Below, one piece after another: positions 49,001 through 62,442 of a stretch of 64,000 nucleotides of DNA. The notes beneath the pieces are model-generated. The model worked only from the letters and a program-made list of their open reading frames with translations, was not told the origin of the DNA and did not search any database. The translations under genes and the position numbers were made by a program. Source of the DNA: Lama guanicoe (lineage: Eukaryota). Position 1 is the first letter of the stretch. Every line of letters begins with the position of its first letter. Location: NCBI GenBank assembly GCA_013239625.1, contig MU053994.1:4445434-4509433 (forward strand), read 5' to 3'.

Positions 49001-49580
49001 AAAAGACAGCTCTTACCATTCTGTTGAGCTGATTAAAAATGAGCATACCAAGCAAATCTAATTATTTCCAACATCCCCTCTTGCTCAAGAGTGTCACTTT
49101 CTGGGTTATGAGGAGAAATCCTTTGGTGCTATCTAGCAGCTGTCTTGGGAACAATGGATATGGTTAGGGTGCAAAAAAAGACCTTTTCCATTGTATCATT
49201 CTGAATTTGAGGTCTTAACTCAGAGGAAAGCGAAATCAGAATAGTTTTCAGAAGATAGTTCAATTGTTTGAGGACAAGAAAGATCCAGAGAGTAGCAATA
49301 CCATACAACACTTAGAACAGAATTTCTCCGTAATAATCATGAGGAATTTACTTCTTTATGTCAGTTGTCTACAGTTGTCTATAGTTATGGAATTCCCCAA
49401 AGCATAAAATAGTGTAAAAATTAACAGACTTTTGAGAATGCCCAGTCCAGTTGGATGAGACAAAAATCATCTGCCACCTGGGTAGAATATGCTGAAAGCA
49501 AATAATCACTTTTTATTGCCTCACATTCAGAAGAGAAAGTACTCTAGTGACATTTTATTTTGTCTTCTGAGCTACTGCTA

Positions 49581-50074
49581 CAGGCACACCTCATTTTATT
49601 GCAATTCTCTTTATCGTGCTTCGCAGATACTGCGTTTTTTACAAATCGAAGGTTTGTGGTAATCCTGCATGGAGCAAGTCTTTTGGTGCCATTTTTCCAA
49701 TAGCACTTGCCCACTTTGTGTCTTTGTGTCACATCTGGGTAATTCTTGCAATATTTTAAACTTTTGCATTATTATTATATTTGGTATGATGATTTGTGAT
49801 CAGTGAGCTTTGATGTTATCATTGGAAAGATTTCAACTCCTCGAAGGCTCAGATGATGGTTAGCATTTTTTAGCAATAAACTATTTTTAAAGTAAGGTAT
49901 GTACATTGTTCTTTTAGACATGATACTATTGCACACTTTAATAGACTTCAGAATAGTGTAAACATAGCTTTTATAAGCACTGGGAAACCAAAAAAATGTG
50001 TGTGACTCTATTGTGACATTTGCTTTATTGCAGTGGTCTGGAACTGAATCTATAATATCTCCAAGGTATGCCTG
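49581..50074 (+). mobile_element. Tigger1 internal-deletion MITE (~494 bp, Tigger1a-like)
   Basis: TA-CAGGCACACCTCATTTTATTGC ... ATATCTCCAAGGTATGCCTG-TA; both TIRs and TA TSD present. Confidence 0.92.
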
Positions 50075-51816
50075 TATTTTCTCTCACAGAAAATAAATTT
50101 TTTAATAAATAAGATAAACATGTACACACACAATTTAAACTTCAGCTTTTAACCTTTGTAAACTTATAAGAAAGTGCTCTTTCTATATGGACAAATATGT
50201 TTATATATAGTTGAGAATATACAAATTAAAACTATTATTTGGTGACCAGTTACATTGCTCTTTTTATCTCTATTCACTTTGAATTCTTTAAAAATTTTCC
50301 AGGTAACCTAAAATTACTGATTAAGTACACTAACATAATGTTTAAAGAAAGACTTAAATTGCAATTGCACTATCCTTAATAAGTTGTAAAGTAATTAAAT
50401 AATAATGCAATTGTTATTGGTATTTTTAAAAAAGGCTTCTCAGAAAATTATAACAATGAAATTTTACTCTGTAGCGCAAATGGAGTAATTCTGGGGTTTA
50501 CGTTTTTTGAAATGGCTGAAATTCACAAGAATAAAAAATCAGAAGGATATTAGTTATTATAATTCAATTTAGTTGATCATTTATGTTTATATTTATTTAT
50601 CCCTAACATTTTTCTGTCAGAAAAACTGAGCTTTGGCAAATGTCAGAAATGATCACTTTTCTGACCTGTAAGTATAGGAAAATCCTACTTAGACTATTTT
50701 GTAAGAAAGTAAAAACAAGCATTGTATATACTTTTATATCATATTCTACAATCTGATAAAATCAGAAAGAATATATAATAATCTTTTTTAAATTAATGTT
50801 TAAAAATGAAGACATTACTTTTAGAGTAGTTTAAGGTTCACAGCAAAACTGATGGGAAAATACAGAGATTTCCCATATAGCCCCTGCTCCCACACGTGCA
50901 AAGCAGCCTCCATTATCAGCATCCTCTAATGAAGTGGTACATTTGTTACGGCTGATGAACTTACAATGACACATCATAATCACCCAAAGCCCATAATTCA
51001 CATTACCGTTCACTCATGGTGTTGTATATTCTATGGGTTTGGGCAAATGTACAAGGATGTGTATCCATCATTATGGTATCATACAAAGTATTTTCACTGC
51101 TCTAAAAATCCACTCTGTTCCCTTGTTAATCCCCTCAACTTCTGGCAACCACTGACCCTTGTATTTTCTTCATAGCTTTGCCTATTCCAGAATATCATCT
51201 AGTTGGAATCACACAGTACTCAGCATTTTCAGATTGGCTTTTTTCACCTTGTAATATGCATTTAACTGAACTTCATGTCTTTTTGTGGCTTGATAGGTCT
51301 TTTTTTTTAAGCTCTGAATAATATTCCATCGTCAGGATGCTCCAGTTAATTTACCCTTTCACCTACTGAAGAGTATCTTGGTGGCTTACAAGTTTTGGGA
51401 ATTATGAATGAAGTTGATATGAGCATCCATGTTCAGGTTTTTGTGTAGACATAAGTTTTCAACTCCTTTGGGTAAATACCAAGGAGAGTGATTGCTGGCT
51501 CATATGATAAGAGTACATTTAGTTTTGTAGGAAATCTCCAAGCTATCTCCCAAAGTGGCTGTACTGTTTTGCATTCCCACTAGCAATGAATGAGAATGCC
51601 TGTTGTTTCAATGACATTTGGTGTTCTGAGTGTTCTGGATTTTGGCCGTTCTAATAGATTTGTAGTGGTATCTTGTTTTAATTTGCATTTCCTTGATGAT
51701 ATACGATGTGGAGTGTCTTCATATGCTTATTTTCCATCTGTATATCTTCTTTGGTGAGATGTCTGTTGTGATTTTTGGCCTATTTTTAAATCAGGTTTTT
51801 TTTTTGTTTTCTTATT

Positions 51817-52042
51817 TTTTTAATTGAAGTATAGTCAGTTACAATGTGTCAATTTCTGGTGTACAGCATAATGTCTCTGTCATGTATATATGTGTATATA
51901 TATATATTTTAATATATATGTGTATATATATATTTTAATATATATTAAAAATAGATAAAAAAACAAATTTCTTTTGTATAGCACAGGGAACTATATTCAA
52001 TATCTTGTAATAACCTTTAATGAAAAAGAATATGAAAACAAA
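51817..52042 (-). mobile_element. Twin-primed (5'-inverted) L1 3' end
   Basis: TSD TGTTTTCTTATT (51805-51816) and TGTTCTCTTATT (52043-52054); the two halves are in opposite orientation. Confidence 0.85.
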
Positions 52043-52961
52043 TGTTCTCTTATTGTTGAGTTTTAAGGATTCTGTGTATATTTTGGATAATAGTCCTTTA
52101 TCAGATGTGTCTTTTGCAAATATTTTCTTCTAGTCTGTGGCTTGTCTTTGCATTCTCTTGACATTGTCTTTCACAGAACAGAAGTTTTTAATTTTAATGA
52201 AGTCTAGCATATCAATTATTTCTTTCATGGATTGTGCCTTTGGTATTGTATCTAAAAAGTCACTGTCATACCCAAGGTCATCTGAAGTTTCTCCTATGTT
52301 AAAAGCTTCTTCTAGAAGCTTTATAGTTTTGTGTTTTACATTTAGGTCTGTGATCCATTTCGAGTTAATTTTTGTGAATGGGGTAAGGTCTGTGGCAATT
52401 TTTTTTTTTGGCATGAAGCTATTCAGTTGCTCTGGCACCATTTGTAGAAACACTATCTTTACTCTTTGTATTGCCCTTGCTCCTTTGTCAAAGATCAGTT
52501 GACTATATTTCTGAAGTTCTTTTTCTGAACTCTCTATTCTGTTCCATTGATCTACCTGTCCATTCTTTTGCCAATGCCACATTGTCTTAAATCCTGTAGC
52601 TTTATAGTAAGTCTTGAAGTCAGGTAATGTCAGTCCTCCAACTTTGTTCTCCTTCAATATTATGTTTGTTATTCTGAGTCTTTTGCCTCTCCATATAAAC
52701 ATTAGAATTAGTTTATTGGTATCCACAAAACTTGCTGAAATTTTGATTGAGATTGCATTGAATCTATATACTCAGGTGGAAGAACTGACATCCTAAAAAT
52801 GTTGAATCTTCCTATCCATAAACATGGAGTATCTCTCCATTTACCTAGTTCTTCTTTGATTTCCTTCACCAGAGTTTTATAGTTTTCCTCATATATATTT
52901 TGTTAGATTCATGCCTAAGTATTTCATTTTTTGGTGCCAATGTAAATGGTACTGTGTTTTT

Positions 52962-53417
52962 TTTTAACATTTTTTATTGATCTATAATCATTTTACAATG
53001 TTGTGTCAAATTCCAGTGTTCAGCACAATTTTTCAGTCATTCATGGACATATACACACTCAACGTCACATTTTTTTCTCTGTGAGTTATCATAACATTTT
53101 GTGTATATTTCCCTGTGCTATACAGTGTAATCTTGTTTATCTATAAATCTTGTTTTTCTACAATTTTGAAATCCCATTCTATCCCTTCCCACCCTCCACC
53201 CCCCCTGGTAACCACAAGTCTGTATTCTCTGTCTGTGAGTCTATTTCTGTCCTGTATTTATGCTTTGTTTTTGTTTGTTTGTTTGTTTTTGTTTTTGTTT
53301 TTTAGATTCCACATATGAGCGATCTCATATGGTATTTTTCTTTCTCTTTCTGGCTTACTTCACTTAGAATGACATTCTCTAGGAGCATCCATGTTGCTTC
53401 AATATCACTAATTATCA
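52962..53417 (-). mobile_element. Young L1 3' UTR with a 20-bp inverted ORF2 piece at its 5' junction
   Basis: TSD GGTA(C/T)TGTGTTTTT at 52948-52961 and 53418-53431. Confidence 0.88.
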
Positions 53418-54259
53418 GGTATTGTGTTTTTAATTTCAAATTTCACCTGTTCATTGTTGGTATATAGGAAAATGATTGACATTTATATATTAACCTTGTC
53501 TCCTGCAACCTTGCTAAAATCTCTTATTCATTCCAGGAGTTTTGGGTCAATTCTTTTGGGTTTTCCACATGGAAAGTATTATCTACAAACAAAGTTTTAT
53601 TCTTTCTTCCAATCTGTATGGCTTTTATTTCCTTTTCTTGTCTTATTGTATTAGCTAGAAGTTCCAGTATGATTTTGGAAAGGAGTAGTGTGAGGGAACA
53701 TTCTTGCCTTGTACCTGATCTTAGTGAGAATACTTCAAGTTTCTCACCATTAAAAACAATATTACTTGTAGGGTTTTCTGGTAGATGTTCTTTATCAAGT
53801 TTAGAATGTTGTAAGTATCTTTTAAAACAAATTTAATATTAGTTTAATTTGTGTGTGACTTATTATAACTAAAAGTAATAAAATTTTATAATTATCTAAT
53901 ATTTACTTATTACATAACATTAACACTATGCCAGTTTTGCTTAAAAGTCTTCATTTAGAACATTTTCTCAAAAGTGGTCTGATATCCATGTTCATTCGTT
54001 TATCTTAGTAGCCTAAAGTTCAGCTATTACTTAAAATTTAATTGCTCCTTTTTGAGCGTACTTTTTTCTTTTTTATTTCTCCTTTTTGTGTATAAGTTGT
54101 TGAGACTATTCTAAATGTACATTTTTTAAATGTACACAAGCTAAGTCCCTAGACTAATTAAATATGTGCCCCATTAAGTATGATAAATTTAACAATCCTG
54201 TTAATTTCCCTCCAGATTAAATAATTTAGTTTCACAAAATTAAATAACTAGGAAGATGG

Positions 54260-54639
54260 ATCCCTTATATTCTACCCAGATTCCCTCTCATTAAAGGCTT
54301 TGCCTCAGGTGTTGAGAGTGACATAAGCAGGAAGCCTGCAGCTGTGAGGGATATCTCAGCTCCAGGGAGCCACAAAGTTACTCCCATGATCCACGTGAAG
54401 ATATAAATGTGCATCTATCCTGACCCGACAAGGAACAACTCTAAAGGGCTATTCTAACTCCTGAGTGCCCAGTAGGGTTGCCCAGAATATCTGTAAGGCC
54501 TGCGTTACAGTTTGGACTTCTCCCTCTGCCCGTGCCTACTTGATCCCTCTACCTCCCATAGGTGCCGATCCCTTCATAACCATCCTGCCTGCTAAACTCT
54601 ATCTCTCGGTCTAGTTCCAGGACAACCCAACCTGCAACA
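54260..54639 (+). mobile_element. LTR16-family solo LTR
   Basis: CTTCTCCCTCTGCCC..CCTGCCTGCTAAACTC..AACCCAACCTGCAACA. Confidence 0.7.
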
Positions 54640-56054
54640 GTAAGTAAGTAAATAGTTTGCATTAGATAATATTATTTATATTTCTAGAGGTAGTTCCATT
54701 TCTTAGTCTATTCCAGTTGATCTCTCAGTCACTATTTTCTTTAATATCACAGAATAAGATAGCATATTTTCATGATATCAGGTGAATGAGTTTTCTGTTC
54801 TTTCTTCATCTCAAGATGGATCTCTCTGAATTAGATGGTTCTTATGGTGAATACAAATGACCAATTCCTACAATTAATTAACTTTACTTTTTCAAAGGTG
54901 TTTTAAGCAAGCAGACCTTTATACCTAAAATTTCTCTGGTCACACACATAAAGAATTTCAAGTGACCATTTAAAGACAGAGACCAACATGTGAAAAATTG
55001 CAGGGTAAATTATACAATTTTATCTAAAAGGAAAATGAAAATAAGATAGAAAATCTTTGTCAACAAAACACAGAATAACTTCCTGAAACCAAAAGAAAAA
55101 ATAAGTAGTTTCCCACCCAATCCTTGCTAGAATCTTTGGTCATCCCTTAGTCAGATAATTTAATACATCTCTTAGTAACATAATTTAATACACTATGGTA
55201 TTAAACCCAACTCACCTTTTCTCCAGTCCTATGGCATCCTTCCAACATGACCTTTCCAGGCACTTACAGGAGCAGCAGAGGTGGGAACACTGAATGCAAT
55301 TGCCCAAACCATGTGAACATCCTGTACTCTGGCTCCAAACTTCCTCTCCAAGTTCTCAGTGTCATTCTTGGTGTGGTATTACTTGATTCACTCTTGTAGG
55401 TTCTCATGAGTTTAGCCATCTTGATAGGGCCTCCAAATTCTTAAGGAAAACATATATGACAAATCCATTATGTCAAAGTTTTCTTTTAAGTTTGATATAA
55501 GAAATTCATCCCCTAAACTAGCCAAGTAAAAGATTTTACTCTTGATAGAGATACAGGGGAAAATAAACACTGATTAGGAAATCATTGTTAGGGCAGATAC
55601 AAGATGAAAAAGAATGTTTGGTTAAAGATATTTAGACTGCTGCCTGATAGATAACAGGCTAGGTTAGTATATAGCATTATCAATTTAAAAAATTTCATTT
55701 AAGTCTATCAGCATAGTCCCTAAGTATATTATCAGGAATAATCATTACTTCTCTGAAGGAGTTTGGGAATTACATCACACTCAGTTTGAGTCTTTTTTTT
55801 CTTACTCATCTCTAGTCTAAATTCTTCTATCCATCAAGATCTAATTCAATACTTTCTTTTGAGATAAAAATGGCATTCCATGGTGGAGAGGGGGATAAGA
55901 GTGGAAAGATGTGGTTAAGAGTATGGATACAAAAAGATGTAGAAGCAAGAGGAGGTATGGCAATGAGGAGTCAGGATGGGATCTGCCTAAGTCAGGTGGG
56001 CAATGATTACTAGGGACACATGGGAATAAGATTCTGATGATTAAAAAAAAAGTT

Positions 56055-56226
56055 ACATGTGCCTACTGTATAGCACAGGGAACTATATTTAATTTCTTGT
56101 AATGAGCTGTAATGGAAAAAAGAATCTGAATATACAAACGTATGTAGGTGTATAACTGAATCACTTTGCTGTACACATGAAACTAACACTGTAAGTTGAC
56201 TACACTTCAATTAAAAATAAGAATTT
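56055..56226 (+). mobile_element. Short L1 3' end
   Basis: CTACTGTATAGCACAGGGAACTATAT..ACTGAATCACTTTGCTGTACA; flanking repeat AAAAAAAGTTA. Confidence 0.85.
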
Positions 56227-56724
56227 AAAAAAAGTTAAACGGAGCCTCTGCATTTTCTCAAATGGGGAAACTGATGTTCATTTCTTCCCCATTCATATTC
56301 ACTTGTTTATTAACTGTCCAAGAGCCCTTTATTTATGCATCTTTCCGGCCAGGGTAAGCCAGGGAACCTATGACCTGGTGGTTTTCGGGTCTCATGCTTT
56401 TGTACCAGAAAGGGGCAGCTGTTTGGGTAGCTACAGCTCTCTGGTATATTGGTCATTATAGTAAAGATATGTGATGAACCAAAATTGATGTACCAAAACT
56501 CTACTAAAGTGGAGAGGTAAGTTGACCTATTTTATCCTTTGCAGCTCAGAAGGGTGCACTTTTTGCACGATCTTTTGCTCCAAAAGGAGAACTGAATGAC
56601 AGAGTACTTTTGAAGGTTCCAATTGATTATAGAAAAAAACATTAACGACATTGGAAAAAATTCAGGCTAATGAAGCTACTACTAAATTTTATTCATCTTC
56701 TAACTAAATTAGTGCTATTTAGAG

Positions 56725-56921
56725 AGCTACATGATAAGCACTAGTCAAGTGTGGCTACTTGAATTTAAATTTTAAATAGCTAAATTTAAAAAAAATTGGT
56801 CAGCCACACTAGTCACATTTTAAATGCTTGGCAGACACACAAGGCTAGTGTCTACCATATTGGACAGCACAGATTTATAGAATGGATGTATCTCTGCAGC
56901 CAGTTCTATTGGAAAGTGTTG
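56725..56921. mobile_element. MER3-like hAT-Charlie MITE
   Basis: CACTAGTCA..GTGGCTACTTGA..CACACTAGTCACATTT..CCATATTGGACAGCACAG..GTTCTATTGGA. Confidence 0.7.
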
Positions 56922-59059
56922 CTATACATGATAAGAAAGCATCTCAAAATAATCCAAACTAAAATGCCCACCACTAAATGTCTTATGTCTATATATAGAT
57001 AGATACATACAGAAAACATATATAAATGTACACACACACAATCTCTATAACAAAATATTTTAATTAAAAGCAAATGGTCCACTCTCAATTATGATAAGAC
57101 ACTATTTCAATATATTTTCTTCAATTTGCATATTAATTATAGCCTCTCATATTTTTATACGCCCCTTTGTATTCTGCTGGTTTCACTTAATATTACATCA
57201 AACATATTGTTTATGTTTCTATATAATCTTAATTATCATTTTAATGCCTGCATAATATTCCATCATTTTGATGTATTATAATTTATTCAACCATTTCTCT
57301 AATGTTAGACATTCTCTTAGTGCTTATTAAACTCTTCTTTATTCTGATTAGCGTTACAAGGCATTTTTCTGTGTATAAATGTTTCTGCTGTTCTCTTGTA
57401 CTTCATAACTCCTCTATTCACATATGCTTTATGAGAGAAATCCTTTTTAGAGCCTCTATAGTGCCCAGAATATAAAGCTGTCTCTGATTAATTTAATCCA
57501 ACAACACTCAAAACACATACTTTATGGAAGGCAGTGGATTTAATGGTTATTTAGAATGTTTGCCTTTGGCAGATGACCTTGATTTAATTGCGTAATTTTC
57601 ATTATGCTGTAGCTTTTACTCCCTTATATTCTATAATGCTTTTGGCCCCAAAGACAATCTCTAGAAGAATAGAAGTCATGCCAACCAGCAGAAATAATTG
57701 TCAGACCCCACTTTAATTTCACTTGTAGGCTCAACTGTCCCCCCACCAAACAGAGTTTTATTCCTGACAGAGGGGGATCTGACGGCCCAGTAGTGTCTAT
57801 TTTATGCCTATGCTACTCCTCAATTTTTCTCCATGTACATATAGAACTAAGATCCAGGATTCCACAGACATCTTTAGGGCCTCTTATCCAGGCCTCGAGT
57901 CTGCCTTAAAACTCATCAAGATTGGGGCCCCTACCGCTTTGTCATTTTCTTTCCAATTTGTGGTCTCCAGGACTAGGTCTTGATTTACCTTTTAAGGTAA
58001 ATTTTGAGAGACCCAAGGTCTCAGTCTTAAATCTAGGGTTCAAGGATATGATAATCACATGGTCAGACAATTAAAAGGACTTAGAACATTTCACACAAAA
58101 GACTTTAATAAAGGTAAATATAACAGGAGAAAGACAGTATAGTCAATCACTCAGGGGGTTGATATGTCGAGGAGCATCTCTTGGAGAACTTGCTCAATGG
58201 CAGAGGATGTGCTTTGCATTCAAATTATGGACCACTAAGACATGTTCAAGGTATCTTGGTTTCAAGGAAGCTGAGATACAAGTTCACTGACAGGGGTCTT
58301 TAATACTTCACGGGTCACAACTAAAACCAGACTGTGGAAACAGTGAAACCAGGTACAAACCATCAATCCATAGATCCCTAAGCAAAGTAGACAGGCCAGT
58401 ACAGGATGTCTCTAAGGGAATTTTCAACTTTAAATAGCACATTATACATCATTAACTAGCACATTTCACCCTTATCTTAGCCAAGGGTCAGTAGATTTTC
58501 AGCATCCCTGGAGACAAGCATAGAGCTATCCCAGTCCAGGTATAAGCTAACTCTATCCTTTCACAGAGAGATAAGCTACGTATGGATCCTCAGTACACTG
58601 GTTTCTTCCTTCTGCCTCCATTGTTTAAAGCAACAAATGCTCCTGTGTAACGTAAAGTTTGCCGAAGGACGTATGTCAAGTCTCCCAGAAGTTGGCTTGG
58701 GCTTATTGCCTTTCTTAAGGTTGAAGGTCTTCAACTTGGGAGATTCTTTGAACTTTGATTAATTTATCGAATAGATAGAAGAGGAAGAAAAAGTTCTGGG
58801 AGTTATACTATCAAAGGGATTCACTTGCCATTGGAAAAGGGCTGCAGGCATGCTATTGCAGGTGGGTAAGTTATTATTCAGCTCACAATCTCACCCAGCT
58901 CTGAAAGAGAAAAACTACAGAGAAATCTTTTTAGCCATTTCTCTGCGGTTTTTTTTTTTTTCTCAAGTGACCACAGAAAACTCACTGTGCTGAACTACAC
59001 TCCCATAATGGCGGTTGGCTGGAAACCTGCTGCTGTGGTTTTTGTGTTTTTTGGCACTA

Positions 59060-59430
59060 ATACAGTGCTAGGGGCTGCTGGCAGCACAAAATGGGAGGCT
59101 TAAACAACAGAAATTTATTCTCTCACAGGTCTGGAAACTAAAAGCCCAAATCAACATTTTGGTAGGGCTGGTTCTTTCTGAGGGCTGTGAGGGAAGGGTC
59201 TGGCTTGTTGATGGCTGTCATCACCCCGTGTCTTAACATCATCTTCCTCCTATGTGTGTCAGTCTCTGTGTCCAAATTTCTTCTTTTTATTGGGCCTCAC
59301 CCTAATGACATTGTTTTAACTTGGTTAGCTCTGTAAAGACCCTATCACCAAATAAGGTCACATTCTGAGATACTGGGGGTTAGGTTTTCAACATACGAAT
59401 TTGGAGAGGGACACAATTCAACCCATAACA
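59060..59430 (-). mobile_element. MLT1B/C MaLR solo LTR
   Basis: GGCTTAAACAACAGAAATTTATTCTCTCACAG..CCAAATAAGGTCACATTCTGAG..ACACAATTCAACCCATAACA. Confidence 0.88.
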
Positions 59431-60964
59431 GGCACATATGGAAAGTCAGACTGCTTCTCAAAGCCTCTGCAAGCAACATTTTTTTTTCTTTCTTTCTTTT
59501 TTTTTTTTGCACTCCTCTTTGTCTTTTTGACAGTTATTTTCAAGAGAGGTTGTGACTGATGCTGTCTTGTGTCATGAAGAAGTTATTTCCTGCTGGCCAA
59601 AATAACGAAACATGTATATAAGGAGGTAGACATAACAGAGAGCCTTCTGAAAAGGAATCAACTGTGACATAATTAGAGACCCATGTGTGTTTTCAAAACA
59701 CAGAAACCAGGATCGCTTGGTTGCTATGAGTGACCATTCAGTGCCAACATGGCACATGAAGCCTTTTATTTAAATGAACAGGAAGCCCTAAAATGAACAG
59801 GAAGACTGCTTATTGCGCTTTGAGGAGGACAATTAAACAACATTTACTGCCACTGACCGAAAACTGTTTACTAACAATTGTTTGCTAACAATTTAGTAAA
59901 AACTGTTCTAAAATTTTATTTTACAATTTATACTTACCAATAATAACATAATAACAATAATTTATTTTGCAAATATACACTTTTATGACATACATATTGG
60001 AGTCCATAAAAAAGTTGTAAATATCCTCTTTAATTGTACAACAATATATTATATAAAATTAAATTCCTTTCAGAAAAGGATATTCAAGAAGAGTAGAATA
60101 GCGGTGTTCACAATCATATTCAGTTTCCACTTCATGATTTTAAACAGTATTTGTACCCAGGTGGTAGTGATATGCTATGGTCCAGGGTCCTGGTAAGAAG
60201 CAAAGGCTACAGGCATGTTCTGTGGAGAGATCCCAGAGCTCACTCCCTTGGCTCTATCATTCAACTAGAAATGTTCCATTCCTTGGTTTCTAAGCATGAT
60301 TTCTTTAAAGTAGCCAGATAAATATAATAGCATCATCACTGGAAAATGCTTTAAAATAAACTTTATTAGTTTATTAGTGTATATTAGTATATATCTAGAG
60401 TATGATTTGGTTACTTTATTACATATTTGTAACTATTTCTTTTTCTTTAAGAGTTCATTTGGGAAAACTAGAGATGGAATATTCTCCAATATAGACCAGA
60501 TCCTGGGCCCTCAAACAAACCTTAACAAGTTTAAAAGAATTGATATGTTCAAAGAGCACAGTGGAATTAAACTACAAATCAACATGAAAAGGATAACTTG
60601 AAAGTTAAACAGAAAACTTCTAAATAATCCATGGATTAAAGAGGAATGCTCAAGAAAGTTATTGAACTTGAAAACAGAACAATACAAATTACACAATCCA
60701 AATAACAAACAGAAAACAGACTGGGAAAAAAATTGTTAGTCAATGATAAGCTTCAGTGGGAATTTTTAAAAATATGTTGTACTGAATGAAAATGAAAATA
60801 CAACATATCAAAATTTGTGGGACGTAGCGACAGTGGTGCTAAGAGGGAAATTTACAGGAATAAATGTGTACATTAGAAAAGAGGAAGTATCACCAACCAA
60901 TAACCTAAGCTTCCCACCCCAAGAACCTAAAAAATGAAGAGAAAAGTAAAGAGATAAAATAAAA

Positions 60965-61113
60965 ATAATTTTAACACCTCTAAAATTGGGATTTATCTTA
61001 GAATCAATGGCATCTTGTAATTACAATTGGCAATATCTCTATTGTTCTTAGTAGCGCATAAAATAATGATGTGTTTTACATATCAATGGTATACTAGATT
61101 TGATGAAATACAG
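60965..61113. mobile_element. MER104/Kanga1-like (TcMar-Tc2) fragment, one TIR
   Basis: TTTTAACACCTCTAAAATTGGGAT..AATCAATGGCATCTT..TAGATTTGATGAAATACAG-TA. Confidence 0.55.
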
Positions 61114-62442
61114 TAAATTTTATAAAAAATTATTAAACTTTTAAAAATGAAAAGTAAAAATGCTAAATAAAAATAGAATAAATCAAACTGACTTATTAAA
61201 AAAAAGTTAAAAAATAAACCCAAAATAAGCAGAAAGAAGGAAATAAGTATAATAAAAGCAAAAATCAATGAAATTGAAAACAGAAAAACAGTAGAGGAAA
61301 ATTAATAAAATACAGAGCTAGTTTTTAAAAATGATCAATAAAATTGACAAAATTCTATCAAGACTTGACAAAGGAAAAATGAGAAAAGATACAAATAATT
61401 ATATGAGGAATGAAAGAGTGCATATCATTACACACCCTGCAGACATCAAAATGATAAGGAAATAATTGAAATGACTCTACAAACATAATTTTGACAAATG
61501 CAGACAGGATCTGTATGCTGAAAATTATAAAATGCTGATAAAAGTAATCAAAGGAGACCTAAATCTGTGAGAGACATACCATGTTTATGAATTAGAAGGC
61601 TCAATATAGTAAAGATGTCAATTATTTCTTAATTGACACACTGGGCTAAGATAATTTCTCTCAAAATCCAAGCAAGTTTTTTTAATAGAAATATGCAAGC
61701 TAATTCTAAATTTCATAGGGAAAGGCACAGGCCCTAGAATAGTTAAAATAATCCTGATAAAGAATAAAGTGGGAGAACTCACTTTACCCATTATTAAGGC
61801 TTACTCATATAGCTCCAGTAATCAAGACAGTACAGTATTGGCAGATAGACAGATCGATCAATTGATTAGACTAGAGAACACAGATATAGCTTCTATACAA
61901 ATACAATCAACCAATTTTATACAAAGGTGCAAATGCAGTCCAATAGAGGAAGAATAACCTTTTCAACAAATATGGGAGCAATTTGCCCTCCATAAACAAA
62001 AAATGAATCTTGCCCTAAACACCACACCTTATGCAGTGATTAACCTAAAATGGATAATAGACTTAAATGTAAAACTATAAAATTTTAGAGAAAAAAGGAG
62101 AAAATCTTTGGCATCTAGTACTAGACAAAGAATACTTTAGGCCTGATACCAAAGTATGATCTGTAAAAGGAAAAATTGATAAACTCAAAACTTTTGCTCT
62201 GTGAAAGCATATAAAGAAGATGAAAATACAATCTATAGCTGGGAGAAAATACTTGCAAACCACATATATGCCAAAGGACTGTTATGTAGAATACAAAGAA
62301 CTCCCAAAATTTGACAGTAAAAACACAAATAATCCAATTAGAAAATGTGTAAAAAGGCTTGAAGGGACATTTCACTATACTGGATATACAGATGACAAAA
62401 AAAACATGAAAAGCAGGAAAATACAAATTAATACCAAAATGA

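Larger units (their letters stand above)
50785..53805 (-). mobile_element. L1MC-like element (3' UTR and ORF2 C-terminal half) with two nested young L1 ends
   Basis: ORF 52130-52726 (GGLTLPDFKTYYKA..DQWNRIE..LIFDKGA..KINSKWITDLNVK) is L1 ORF2p; 3' UTR TTTAAGGTTCACAGCAAAA. Confidence 0.9.

Noticed and set aside
52130..52726. Longest ORF (198 aa) as a host gene
   Set aside because: It is a decayed L1 ORF2 segment inside an L1 with stops and insertions on both sides.
57640..58940. Possible old LTR/ERV-derived block
   Set aside because: The composition is suggestive, but I could not fix termini, TSD or family.
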